Shown here: positions 19,701-29,600 of the stretch, in pieces
Position numbering within the stretch: position 1 is the stretch's first letter
How the letters are laid out: every line of letters begins with the position of its first letter
From: a virus
Length of the DNA: 64,000 nt
IMG/VR virus record: IMGVR_UViG_3300047297_000301
Location: 1 to 64,000 of that record
Reading direction: 5' to 3' (one strand)
Made by a program: the position numbers and the translations under genes
The notes under the pieces: generated by a model
What the model was told of the DNA's origin: nothing
The model's input: only the letters and a program-made list of their open reading frames with translations
Databases searched by the model: none

Positions 19701-22093
19701 GCAACAAGTATATTGAAGCTGCTGCACAGTACAAAATACCTTTCTATTCTATTTCAGGAACTAAAGCTAATTTAAGTGGTGCTGAGTATTTAACTTATAG
19801 TGACAATGGTTTATATCTTAATCAATCGGGTGTAACTGATTTACGTTTAAGTTATAACTTGCCTACAGTAGGTGCTCCTGGTATAAGTAGCAAAGGTAAT
19901 GCCTTAGCTATTGCTAGTGGCTTTAATAACTCTACTGGCAGCTATACTGCAGGCATACTAGTATCTAGTATAACAGATTCAGCACCTAGTTTTAGCGGTA
20001 ACGCTAGCAGTGGTACTAAAATGAATTTAGGTACTAGTCTTGCTGCCTGGGATAAGTTCTACTGGGGTACTGCTGCAATTACTGCTCCTGCTGGATCAAC
20101 AACTACTTTTTTAAGAAATGATGGGACTTGGACAACAGCAGGTACGGGCACAGTTAATACTAGTACAGCAGCTAATCAATTAGCATACTACTCAACTGTA
20201 GGAACTGCAGTAAATGGAACTACTTATTTAACTTATGAAGATAATGCTTTATATGTTAACAAAGCTGGAGTTACAGATTTACGTTTAGGATATAGCTTAC
20301 CTAATGTAATAGCTCCTGGTATGACTACAACAGGCAGCGCATTAGCTATTGCTGTCGGCTTTAATAATAGTACTGGAGTATTTACTGCAGGACTATTGCT
20401 TAGTCGGAACGTTGACGGAGCAGCTAGTTTTAGCGGTACAGGAGATAACAATACTACTAAAATGAACTTAGGAACCAGCGCTAGTAGTTGGGGTAAGTTC
20501 TACTGGGGTACTGCAGCTATTATAGCACCTGCTGGAGACACTACAACCTTTCTAAGAAATGACGGTACTTGGGCTTCCCCAAGCTCTTCTGGAATTACTA
20601 CCATAACTGGTACTCTTCCTATAAGTGCCGTTACTACTAGCGGCAGCACCACAATTAGTATTTCCGCAGCTACTACTAGTGCTGCAGGTACTATGAGTAG
20701 TACAGATAAGACTAAACTTGACGGTATTGCCGCTGGTGCAACGAATGTAACAAATACTAATCAGCTAACGAATGGAGCTGGTTATATTACTACTGCTGTA
20801 ACTAGTGTTGGCGGCACAGGAACAGGGTTAGGATTTAGCTTAAGTGGTACCGTTACTTCAACAGGAAACCTAACTTTAGCAACACCAACAGCTTCAGCAT
20901 TACAAAGTAGCCTAGGCCTAGGTAGTTTAGCTTATGTAAATAGTCTTACATCGTTCCCAGAAATTAATAACACTGCTTTAGCAAGTAATACAGGAGCCAC
21001 AGGTAGTCGAATTTTAGCCACATATGATGGTGCTAGAACCTGGGCTACTATGGCAGAAACCAGAGCTGCTTTAGCTGATGGTGGAGGAACCGCAAGTAAT
21101 ACAACATTCTTACGTGGAGACGGTACTTGGTCAAGCGCAGTACAGTCTGTTAGTGCTACAGGCCCTGTAAGTTCTAGTGGTGGAAATAACCCTACTATTA
21201 GTATGGCAGCAGCTTCGTCTGGTGTAAACGGTTACATGACTGGTACGTATGCCACTAAACTTGATGGTATTGCAGCGGGTGCAACTAACGTTACAAACAC
21301 TAATCAGTTAACAAATGGGGCTGGTTATATCACTACTGCTGTAACTAGTGTTGGTGGTACAGGAAGTGGGTTAGGATTTAGTTTAAGTGGTACTGTTACT
21401 TCAACAGGAAATTTAAGTTTAACAACACCAACAGCTTCAGCATTACAAAGTAGCCTAGGCCTAGGCGCATTGGCTTATGTTAGTAGCTTAACCTCATTCT
21501 CGGAACTTAATAATACAGCTTTAGCAGGTAATCCTTCTAGTTCTGGTAGTAGAATACTTGGTACTTATAATGGTGCTAGAACTTGGGCTACTTCAGCAGA
21601 AGTACGATCAGTATTAGGCGAAAATGGCGGAACTGCTAGTTCTAGTACTTTTTTACGTGGAGATGGAACTTGGTCTACACCAACATTTACAGAAGCAGAT
21701 ACACTTGCAACTGTAACTTCGCGAGGTGCTTCAACTTCTTCAGCATTATCCACAGGATCACTAACAGTTACGGGCTCTGTTTACGCAACTCAAGATATTA
21801 CAGCATACTCCGATGTACGGCTAAAAACTAATATTAAAACTATCGCTGATCCTTTTAAAGGCTCAGACGATATTTACGGTGTAACATATGATCGTACCGA
21901 TACTGGTAATCGTGGTATGGGTTTTATTGCTCAAGAATTTGAAAAGCACTATCCTGATATTGTTAATAAAAACGAAGAAGGCCTGCTTTCCTTAAAATAC
22001 TTAAATATTATTGCTATTTTATGGGAACAAAATCGTGAGCTACACAATCGTGTTCAAGCTTTAGAGGATAAGCATGACTCTACCCGCAAGTAA
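16715..22093 (+). CDS. Long tail fibre with pectin-lyase-like beta-helix and C-terminal S74 intramolecular chaperone
   Basis: SVRDYGAKGDNSTDDTAAIQA...VYFPRGVY; repeated FLRGDGTW; YSDVRLKTNI...GFIAQE. Confidence 0.88.
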   Translation: MAASLSAGVNSLILKLDTPYDSIRTYDIRDDLVKVKVWCSTSVSFTPSDSNLVFDASGLSIIISSIPNGTPTPTPLVAGTTYYVKYAFISAIEESEYSILSPTPAFAAPVQGAAGSSVAIVFKRSAIQPQTPEPSASTPGGWYPDVTSVPVGTDAIWASVGSKSSTATLFTWQTPVRIEGEGGVRGDSARIAYKTQGQQLAAPTISELNSQTTGNTTYPSGWSGTITTPLAGQSLWAVDGIFNTPSNTTTWGTPYLTQGFPTTIQSDNYNATTLGWQIQRDTGNAFFNNVTARGSLITGDIAAQRIEINKVVTPGTATVQQVGTNRLEAFSSNNIRFLTLGGSGGTTQDTAVIGISANNNVINPVWIESSANIGSNILSNTLGKANAISSVSNNGGRLFYGYVTGPGSEAPKDAFQIDVNSPNHTGNAVTINMGTSTGSAISVGGSGDGYAIDAVTNTSGVAGSKSGIAYFRGIDFPTTQAILTGSGSQAKITVNFTNLNTVVGPLLYSFTLENISYSFQLEYDVETFNELPLFVSAIAAGINNTWQVSTPIGATLASGSFILTKPTVGVATGTNSGSIGTFTGTFNNGSAPTYTTSNTKVRLTPFPNEITKVLRGDGSWGTVAGSGGYVDLRYSVRDYGAKGDNSTDDTAAIQATINMARTTGGTVYFPRGVYVITTSLTYSAIAGNDPIYRVHFAGDGIGASLIRQINTGDGLVITGYTGTPINPNLYTHISDLQFVGSGSGQGLSITNGAYVYVEACHFTNWAYGFYGANFLSSTFTACAFRFNQRGFVIERIPGGNYASSPNALTMLNCEIGANSLFGGWVLGPGVFTMQGGAIEGNGTTSGSTSNWGLKISEPSGSTAIESAVGISLDGVYFEVNSGIADLWIESSSAKPGVTNNINGCSFVRVASNYPTYSVLVYASTPADSYNNVISGCGFKGIGGYTPSTSRMTISNYNTKVQLLGCSFDSVVDAYVTGDENQFESALRVPDIKDLSGNKYIEAAAQYKIPFYSISGTKANLSGAEYLTYSDNGLYLNQSGVTDLRLSYNLPTVGAPGISSKGNALAIASGFNNSTGSYTAGILVSSITDSAPSFSGNASSGTKMNLGTSLAAWDKFYWGTAAITAPAGSTTTFLRNDGTWTTAGTGTVNTSTAANQLAYYSTVGTAVNGTTYLTYEDNALYVNKAGVTDLRLGYSLPNVIAPGMTTTGSALAIAVGFNNSTGVFTAGLLLSRNVDGAASFSGTGDNNTTKMNLGTSASSWGKFYWGTAAIIAPAGDTTTFLRNDGTWASPSSSGITTITGTLPISAVTTSGSTTISISAATTSAAGTMSSTDKTKLDGIAAGATNVTNTNQLTNGAGYITTAVTSVGGTGTGLGFSLSGTVTSTGNLTLATPTASALQSSLGLGSLAYVNSLTSFPEINNTALASNTGATGSRILATYDGARTWATMAETRAALADGGGTASNTTFLRGDGTWSSAVQSVSATGPVSSSGGNNPTISMAAASSGVNGYMTGTYATKLDGIAAGATNVTNTNQLTNGAGYITTAVTSVGGTGSGLGFSLSGTVTSTGNLSLTTPTASALQSSLGLGALAYVSSLTSFSELNNTALAGNPSSSGSRILGTYNGARTWATSAEVRSVLGENGGTASSSTFLRGDGTWSTPTFTEADTLATVTSRGASTSSALSTGSLTVTGSVYATQDITAYSDVRLKTNIKTIADPFKGSDDIYGVTYDRTDTGNRGMGFIAQEFEKHYPDIVNKNEEGLLSLKYLNIIAILWEQNRELHNRVQALEDKHDSTRK
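19740..20575 (+). repeat. Tandem duplication of ~146-aa unit in tail fibre
   Basis: TDLRL...KFYWGTAAI.APAG.TTTFLRNDGTW occurs twice, offset ~438-441 nt. Confidence 0.85.
20590..21675 (+). repeat. Tandem duplication of ~181-aa unit in tail fibre
   Basis: TKLDGIAAGATNVTNTNQLTNGAGYITTAV... at 20711 and 21254 (offset 543 nt), high nucleotide identity. Confidence 0.9.
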
Positions 22094-22889
22094 TTTATCC
22101 TTTTCAGCTATTCAAACAGAGTTTGGTGGGAGCAATCCCATCTCTCTGAGTGAGTACTATAAATCAGGCGCATATGTTAGGGCTAACAGCACCGGTTCAA
22201 TTCCTACTTCTGGAGCAATTAGTTTAAGTCAGTTTTTAGGTGCAACTCAAGGAGTTATATATCCAGCAGCTGGAACTATCCTAAGTCAAGGTTGCGTTGC
22301 TTACGGTACAGCACCTTATACTTACCGAGTTACTAGAGCAAACGGTAGCGGTGGTAGCTATAATGAAGATACTCCAAATAGTCCAAGTTGTGGATATGTA
22401 GCACCTCCGGTTTATGGAACTATACTAAGTCAAGGTTGTGTTGCCTATGGTGTAGCGCCTTATACTTATAGGGTTACTAAAGCAGATGGTAGTGGCGGTA
22501 GTTTTAATGAAGATACCCCAAATAGCCCAAGTTGCGGTTATGTAGCACCACCAACACCTCCGTCATCGGCTACCTGGAGCGTTGGATATGGTAACAGTGG
22601 AACAGCAGGACCAATTAATGTGTTTGTACTTGTAACACTTAATAGACCCGCAACTGTATCAACTACATTTACCTTTACAGGAGTAGTGGTTGAGAATGGA
22701 GTAGCCTTTACAGTACCAAGCGTAACTATCCCAGTAGGATCAACTTCCGCAAATCCAAGTGCATACTCTGGAGTTAATAATGGAAGCGGACCTTATGTAA
22801 ATATTACGCTAAGAGCTACTCCAGCAAGCGCTCCTTATCCTCTGACACCTTCTGGGGCTATTAATACTACATACAGCTATAGCGCCTAA
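22074..22889 (+). CDS. Fibre-tip adhesin-like protein with duplicated 48-aa Cys-bracketed unit
   Basis: MTLPASNLSFSAIQTEFGGSNPISLSEYY...IPTSGAISLSQF, the type of N-terminus found after S74 fibres. Repeat units start at 22272 and 22416. Confidence 0.7.
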   Translation: MTLPASNLSFSAIQTEFGGSNPISLSEYYKSGAYVRANSTGSIPTSGAISLSQFLGATQGVIYPAAGTILSQGCVAYGTAPYTYRVTRANGSGGSYNEDTPNSPSCGYVAPPVYGTILSQGCVAYGVAPYTYRVTKADGSGGSFNEDTPNSPSCGYVAPPTPPSSATWSVGYGNSGTAGPINVFVLVTLNRPATVSTTFTFTGVVVENGVAFTVPSVTIPVGSTSANPSAYSGVNNGSGPYVNITLRATPASAPYPLTPSGAINTTYSYSA

Positions 22890-22919
22890 GCTGGTAAAAT
22901 CCCCTAAATTGTGGTGTCC

Positions 22920-22957
22920 AAAATACCCTGTCCATTATATGGGCAGGGTATTTTTTT
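22920..22957 (+). terminator. Intrinsic terminator ending tail operon
   Basis: AAAATACCCTGTCCA-TTATA-TGGGCAGGGTATTTTTTT. Confidence 0.88.
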
Positions 22958-22960
22958 GCA

Positions 22961-22989
22961 TTGACAACTATGCGCCCTTGTGGTATAAT
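22961..22989 (+). promoter_or_regulatory. Consensus sigma70 promoter for second structural/lysis unit
   Basis: TTGACA-N17-TATAAT with extended TG. Confidence 0.9.
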
Positions 22990-23112
22990 ATATCAAATTG
23001 TCAGAGTTTGTCAACCTTTTTTCTTGACAAGCTTTTAACTAGATGTAAAGGGCGGACTTGCCGTTTAGATTATAATTAAATATGTAACCCCTGCTAATAA
23101 GGAGATCTGATT

Positions 23113-23469
23113 ATGGTGGAAATTGATAACCACAGCCTCATTCAGACAGTTTCACTAGTTGCGTTAGCAGTTGTTGCTTTCTCAGTTGGAATTCAGAAAC
23201 TGTTAAAAGACTGGAAAAGTACTAATGCGGAAACTAGCGTAATTACTTTAATGCACACAGAACTAGAGCGTATGAGTGAACAGAATGGTATACTTGCCAC
23301 TGAGTTAAATCGCTTGCAGCAAGAAATGATTCTGCTAAATACTCAACTAGCACAGTTGTGCGTTGAGAATCAGCAGCTACAAACAGAAGTTGTTGCACTA
23401 ACTGAAGAAGTTAACAAGTTTCGAGTATCGGCTACTATAGCAGCAGCTAAAAAGGTTAAGGTGGGTTAA
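23113..23469 (+). CDS. Single-TM coiled-coil protein (holin-like or chaperone), function unknown
   Basis: TAAGGAG SD; N-terminal hydrophobic helix followed by heptad pattern. Confidence 0.6.
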   Translation: MVEIDNHSLIQTVSLVALAVVAFSVGIQKLLKDWKSTNAETSVITLMHTELERMSEQNGILATELNRLQQEMILLNTQLAQLCVENQQLQTEVVALTEEVNKFRVSATIAAAKKVKVG

Positions 23470-24065
23470 TGCAACCAGCAAAAATTAACTATAAAATCTA
23501 TCAAGGTAGTACTTTTCAAGAGACGTTTCGTTGGGAATCAGAAACAAAAGTTTATGTACCAATTGCCAGTATTGCAAAGTCGGCACCTTGTGTAGTTACC
23601 ACTACCACACCGCATAATCTACCAGTAGGTTGGAGATTTCGTGTAGTAGGTGCAGGCGGTATGAAAGAAATTAACTCAGTAGGCGATGATGCCTACTACT
23701 TATCTACTCTTATACCTACCACTACCACTGTAGAAATAAATCAAGTAAATAGTTTAGCATATACTGCGTATACAAGCGGTGGTGTAGTAGAGTTTAATCA
23801 ACCAGTTCCATTAACAGGTTATGCTGCACGTATGCAAATTCGTGAAGCAGTAGATAGTCCTACAGTTATTCACGAAGCAACAACGCAGAACTCACAAATT
23901 ATTTTGGACAACGTAAATAAAACAATACAGATTACGTTATTAGCAAATATAACACAAGCTTTTACTTTTTCAACAGCAGTATACAGTTTAGAACTATATA
24001 ATGGTTTCAATGTAATTCCGTTTATTTACGGAAATCTTACCTTAGTTCAGGAGGTTACACGATGA
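23469..24065 (+). CDS. Putative fibre attachment/adaptor protein (BppU-N-like with FCCH-like insert)
   Basis: IYQGSTF...LTGYAARMQIR...AVYSLEL...G.LTL..EVTR; insert IAKSAPCVVTTTTPHNL...GGMKEIN. Confidence 0.55.
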   Translation: MQPAKINYKIYQGSTFQETFRWESETKVYVPIASIAKSAPCVVTTTTPHNLPVGWRFRVVGAGGMKEINSVGDDAYYLSTLIPTTTTVEINQVNSLAYTAYTSGGVVEFNQPVPLTGYAARMQIREAVDSPTVIHEATTQNSQIILDNVNKTIQITLLANITQAFTFSTAVYSLELYNGFNVIPFIYGNLTLVQEVTR

Positions 24066-24331
24066 CAACTGAAGTAATTGTAACACAAAGTAACAATACT
24101 AGTGTAGTTCAAGAACAACTAGTAAATCGTGTTGTTGTAGACGATAAACCTGCTAGAATTATTACTAGCGGTATGATGCCTCCACCTGCTGTTAATTCAA
24201 TAGCAGCTTCAGGAGATGTAGACCTTAGTCAACTACAAGACGGGGGAGTGTTAATCTATAACACAGCAACAAATATGTGGAAAGCTACTAATTTGCTAGA
24301 TAAGCAAATTTTTGAAGCTGGTCAATTTTAA
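24062..24331 (+). CDS. Small fibre-associated protein
   Basis: DVDLSQLQDGGVLIYNTATNMW fibre repeat motif; coupled to neighbours. Confidence 0.55.
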   Translation: MTTEVIVTQSNNTSVVQEQLVNRVVVDDKPARIITSGMMPPPAVNSIAASGDVDLSQLQDGGVLIYNTATNMWKATNLLDKQIFEAGQF

Positions 24332-24342
24332 AGGATTAAGCT

Positions 24343-25674
24343 ATGGCTTCTATTTTAAGAATTAAACGAAGTGAAACGTCAGGTAATCCTGGGGTACTAG
24401 GTGCAGGCGAGTTAGCCTACTCTGGTTTAACAGACAATGGCTCAAATGGCGGTGACCGACTCTATATTGGTCTAGGACTTGAAACTGCAGGAAATGCGGT
24501 AAATCACATTATTATTGGTGGTAAGCGTTATACCGACATGGTTGATGCGGCTACTAATTTAAACACAATCGGCACTCTAGTAAAGCGCGATTCAAATGGT
24601 GACTTTACAGCACGTCGTGTTACAGCAGATTTAATTGGTAATGCCGATACTGCTACCAAATGGTTAAATGCTCGTAACTTGTCGTTAACAGGTGACGCAA
24701 CTGCTACCTTATCAGCAATTGATGGTTCAGCAAACGTATCAGCAGCATTAACACTAGCAAATACTGGAGTTACTGCAGGTAGTTACGGTTCGGCAACGGC
24801 AATACCTACTTTTACAGTGGACACAAAAGGTCGTTTAACGGCTGCAGGAACTATAGCAGTTGCAACAAACTTGTCAATTGCTGGTAACAGCGGTACAGAC
24901 ACAGTTAGTTTGCTAACAGATACATTAACAATTACAGGTGGAACTGGGGTTTTAACAGCAGTTACAGACAACACAGTTACAATCAGCTTACCACAAGCGC
25001 TTGCACCTACATCAAATGTTACCTTTAACGACGTAACAGTCAACGGAGTCTTATACTCTAACGACATTACAGCTACCAGCATTAATATTGACGGCAATGC
25101 CTCTATTACTGGTAACTTAACAGTACTAGGTACGGTTACAACAGTTAATTCAACTACTGTGTCAATTGGTGACAAAAACATTGAGTTAGCCAAAGACGCT
25201 ACTTCAGCAGCAATGGCAGATGGTGGCGGTATTACTGTTCGGGGACCTACAGTTCCTGCTACAATTTTGTACAACAGTGGTGATGACCGCTGGGTACTAA
25301 ACAAAGATTTAACAGTAACAAATGTTTATGCTGAATTAGTTGGTAATGCTTCAACAGCTACCAAGTGGAAAACAGCTCGCGACTTGTCATTAACAGGTGA
25401 TGCAACCACCACACTAACAGCAGTTGATGGAAGTGCAGCAGTTTCAGCAGCTATTACACTAGCAACAGTTAACTCAAACGTTGGCACTTTTGGTGACTCC
25501 GTTACTGTACCAACCCTAGCAGTTAATGCAAAAGGTTTAGTAACTGCGGTTTCACATACAGTTATTCCAACTGCTACTACACTAATCAAAGGCTTATCAA
25601 AGTTCCTTGCAACTCAATTTACTGTAACCGATGGTTTAGTAGAACTTGTGCAAGTTGATGGCGGAAGTTATTAA
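24343..25674 (+). CDS. Fibre protein with internal ~75-aa duplication
   Basis: ILRIKRS...LGAGELAYS N-terminus; GNA.TATKW..AR.LSLTGDAT occurs twice; ends DGGSY. Confidence 0.7.
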   Translation: MASILRIKRSETSGNPGVLGAGELAYSGLTDNGSNGGDRLYIGLGLETAGNAVNHIIIGGKRYTDMVDAATNLNTIGTLVKRDSNGDFTARRVTADLIGNADTATKWLNARNLSLTGDATATLSAIDGSANVSAALTLANTGVTAGSYGSATAIPTFTVDTKGRLTAAGTIAVATNLSIAGNSGTDTVSLLTDTLTITGGTGVLTAVTDNTVTISLPQALAPTSNVTFNDVTVNGVLYSNDITATSINIDGNASITGNLTVLGTVTTVNSTTVSIGDKNIELAKDATSAAMADGGGITVRGPTVPATILYNSGDDRWVLNKDLTVTNVYAELVGNASTATKWKTARDLSLTGDATTTLTAVDGSAAVSAAITLATVNSNVGTFGDSVTVPTLAVNAKGLVTAVSHTVIPTATTLIKGLSKFLATQFTVTDGLVELVQVDGGSY

Positions 25675-25691
25675 TATTAAAAGGAACTGTT

Positions 25692-26135
25692 ATGCCAATA
25701 CTTAGCGGATCTATTATTTCAGCTGTGCAATATGACTCACTTGTAGCTTTTAATGGACAAACAGATATAGTTGTAAATGGCGGAAATGGTGATGGCCGAA
25801 TCAGTATTAGTAATAGTGTTATAACAGTAACTAATCCAGGTACTAGCTATCCTGAAGGTATTGCAATTATAGGCGGTGGTACAAGGATTGTATTAACTGT
25901 TGATCCAGTACTTAAAATACAACTTAAAAGAAGTTCTGTAACTGGAAAAATTCCTACCGCAGCTGATTTAGAGGATGGTGAATTAGCATTAAATACTGCA
26001 GATGGTATCTTGTATTATAAAAATAATCAAGGTAATATCTCGTCACTATCTAGTGGCGGTGGCGGTGGTAGTACCGCTCTAACAGAACAAATAGCAACAG
26101 AAAAAGCCATTATTATGGCAATTGCATTGGGGTAA
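25692..26135 (+). CDS. Fibre-associated protein
   Basis: IQLKRSSVTGKIPTAADLEDGELALNTADG; ends AIIMAIALG. Confidence 0.6.
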   Translation: MPILSGSIISAVQYDSLVAFNGQTDIVVNGGNGDGRISISNSVITVTNPGTSYPEGIAIIGGGTRIVLTVDPVLKIQLKRSSVTGKIPTAADLEDGELALNTADGILYYKNNQGNISSLSSGGGGGSTALTEQIATEKAIIMAIALG

Positions 26136-26138
26136 CAT

Positions 26139-26459
26139 ATGGCAACAGTATTTGTAAACGCAATATCACGTGCCGTAGGTACTACTGAAGTAGAAGCTTT
26201 TAGTGCGATTGATAAATCAATTATAATTGGATGTTCAATAACTAATTTGTTATCTACAACAGTTCCAGTTACAATTAAAATTCGAAGAGGTGGAGTAGAT
26301 ACTTACATCCACAAAGATAAACGAATAGAGAGTGGTGAGCCTTTTGAGCTCATGAAAGGCAACAAACTGGTACTTGCAACTAGCGATAAACTAATTGTTT
26401 CATCAAAAGTAAATAGTAGCCTAGATGTTGTATTTTCAATACTACAAGGAGTCTCATAA
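26139..26459 (+). CDS. Small beta-rich structural protein
   Basis: 106 aa, KLVLATSDKL..S.....LDVVFSIL; follows an AIALG-ending gene. Confidence 0.6.
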   Translation: MATVFVNAISRAVGTTEVEAFSAIDKSIIIGCSITNLLSTTVPVTIKIRRGGVDTYIHKDKRIESGEPFELMKGNKLVLATSDKLIVSSKVNSSLDVVFSILQGVS

Positions 26460-26689
26460 TGGGTGGATTTTATGAAGGCACAGATTTAGCCGATAAGGTG
26501 TTATACGGGTTTCGTCTAGACCCCGACACAGGCAATCTAAACATTGAAGTTTTAGACGGAGACACTCCAGTCTCGCTACCACAAGATGGTACAATTGATA
26601 AGTATGACTACAAACAATGGGTTTGGTCAAAAGATACTATTCAGTTTGAATGGGGTAACAAAGGACACTTACTTATGAGGCTAATATAA
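26459..26689 (+). CDS. Hypothetical protein
   Basis: AGGAG SD, TAATG coupling. Confidence 0.65.
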   Translation: MGGFYEGTDLADKVLYGFRLDPDTGNLNIEVLDGDTPVSLPQDGTIDKYDYKQWVWSKDTIQFEWGNKGHLLMRLI

Positions 26690-26690
26690 T

Positions 26691-29600
26691 ATGAGTCAAC
26701 TAATTGATCTAGGAAAATTACGCTTCCACTTTGCTGGTCAGTGGAGCAATGCCACTACATACGAATCTAATGATATCGTTAAGTACGGTGGTAATGTATA
26801 TGTATATACATTTGCGTTAAAAACAGCTGGCGTATTGCCAACAGACACAGCTTATTGGGCTTTAATGGTAGAGGGTTTTAACTTTACCGGCATATTTAGC
26901 ACAAGCGGCAACTACAAGATTGGCGATGGCGTTGCACACGGTGGTGTTGTATATGTAGCCGTCAAAGACTCTGTAAATATTACTCCTCCTAATGCTACAT
27001 ACTGGTCTAGATTCTTAGACGGTATTCAGTATGAAGGTACATACTCGCCTACAACTTCTTATCAGAAAAATGACGTTGTTAAGTACGGCGGATCTATTTT
27101 TGTTGCAAAACAAGATGGAACAAATAATTTACCTACAAATACAGTTTACTGGGATAAATTTGTAGAAGGTGTTAGCCCTAGTGGTATTTATAATGAAGCT
27201 ACTGCATACAAACCAAATGACTTGGTTGCATACGGTGCTAACATTTACCGTGCTAAAGTTGAAACTACTAATAATGCTCCAAGTAACACTGGTTTTTGGG
27301 AACTATATGTAGGCGGTATTAAGTTTAATGGTAACTTTAATGCTGTAACTGAATACTACGTAAATGATATTGTTGTTTATGGTAATAACATTTATCGTAG
27401 CAAATTAACACAATCTAACACACTGCCTACAGTTGCTGCAAATTGGGAATTGTTAACAGCAGGTAATAGTTACAAAGGTACCTATGTTAACGCTACTGGA
27501 TACTTCCAGGGCGATATTGTTAGTTATGGGGGTAATGTTTATATTGCACTTGGCGTAACAACTGGTAACTTACCTACTGATGCTACTAAGTGGCAAGTAT
27601 ATAGTTCGGGATTCTCTTATCAAGGCAACTGGTCTAGCGCAACTTCTTATAAAATTAATGAAGTTATTGGTTATGGTGGTTCACTGTATCGCGCAAAATC
27701 AGACAATCAAAACGTTAACCCTACAGTTACAGCTACTTGGGATAAAATTGTTGCTGGATTTAAAGTTAGCGGACCTTGGTCTACTACAACACAATACGCA
27801 ACAGATGAAGTTGTTACCTACGGTGGTAATACTTATATCTCTATTCTTCCACACGCTTCCACAGTATTTGCTACAGACTTAGCTGCTAATAAATGGCAAA
27901 AGTTTAACTCAGGTATTCGTTGGATGGGTCCTTGGAACAGTACCACACAGTACTACAAAGACGACGTTGTAAAAGCAGGCGCTAGTTCATTCATTGCAAA
28001 TGTAGATAGTTTAGGCGGTAGTAACCCAGCTGGCGGAACAAATACAGACTGGAGCAGTTTTGCTACTGGTGCTGAAGGATTCTTGTCTAAAGATGGCGAC
28101 GCAATGTTGGGTATGCTTACCTTGTTTGCAGCTCCTACAGATCCGTTACACGCAGCTACTAAAGCTTATGCAGACTTATTTTTAAGTCGTACTGCAGGCG
28201 GTACAGTTACTGGACCAATAGTTGCTAGTGGTGTTACTGCTACTTATACTGCACAAAATGGTGCTACTGTTAATATCAATGCTGGTAGTTTAAATCTTAC
28301 AAACGGTTCAACTATCACAACTGACGGAAGCTCAACATTAGGAAATACCCGCGTTTCGGGTACACTAGATGTTGATGGAGATCTTAACGTTGACGGCGGC
28401 GATTTAACTGTTTCGGGAACTACATTCAATTTAGCCAATACTACGGTTACTACAGTTAATTTGGCAGGTGCTGCTACTACAGTTAATGTTGGTGCCACAA
28501 CTGGTACAACTACTGTTAAGAACAACTTAACAATTGATGGTGATGTGCAGGTTAAAGGCGGTGATCTTACTACCAATCAAACAACTTTCAACTTATTAAA
28601 CAATACAGCTACTACCGTAAATATTGCTGGAGCTGCTACTACTGTTGAAATCGGTGCTGCAACTGGTACAACTAATATTAATAACAACGTAGTTATTGAT
28701 GGTGTATTAGATGTTATCTCTGGTTCTACAGTTACAAATACAACTGTTGATCCTACTGGTTTCGATAACCAACATCCTGATACTCGCGGTGTAGTAGAAT
28801 TTAGTGATAACGGTACACGAGTTTATTCAATCGACAAAAACGGTGACGTTACTGTTCGCGAAGATGGTAAGTTTGCTACTGGCACAGCATATCAAACAAA
28901 CGCAATAGCAAAAACTCTTGCCATTTATCCCGTAGTTGGACAAACAAAGTTTGTGTACTGGATTAGCGGCGTACGTTACGAGAAAACTACTTTAGTAACT
29001 AGTACAGCATCAAATATTAATGGTTATAACTATTTCTACTTTAGTGGTGCATCATTAACAAATGGTACTACACGTAACGACGAGATTTTGACTACAAAAG
29101 CAAATGTTGCTGCTGTTCGCGGAACTAGCCAAAACAATCGCTCAATATCAGTTGAAGATCAACGACACGGCATTTCAATTGATGGAGCTACATTAGCTTA
29201 TATCAAACGTGCTGAAGGTATTAAATTAGTAAGTGGTCATGGTGTTACACCAGGAACTGTTGGTACAGGTACTTATACTAATACTAAAGCGGGCGAATTA
29301 CGCGACGCAGATTTAACTATTACTAGTCCTGTAAAAACAGGTAATAAATTCTTAGTACGCGATGTTAATGACTGGAAACTGGCCGATAATAATGATAATT
29401 TATTAAGCTATAAATTAGGTGTTTTAAGTGCTGTAACAGTTACTGCTCAAGGTAGCGGATATTCAGGATTATCAACTTCATTAAGTGTTCAAGGTGATGG
29501 CGAAGGTGCCACAGTAACTCCAATTTTGGCAGGTGCTGCACTACAATCAATTACACTTAATAATGGTGGATATAACTACGCTAATAATTCTACTGTTACC

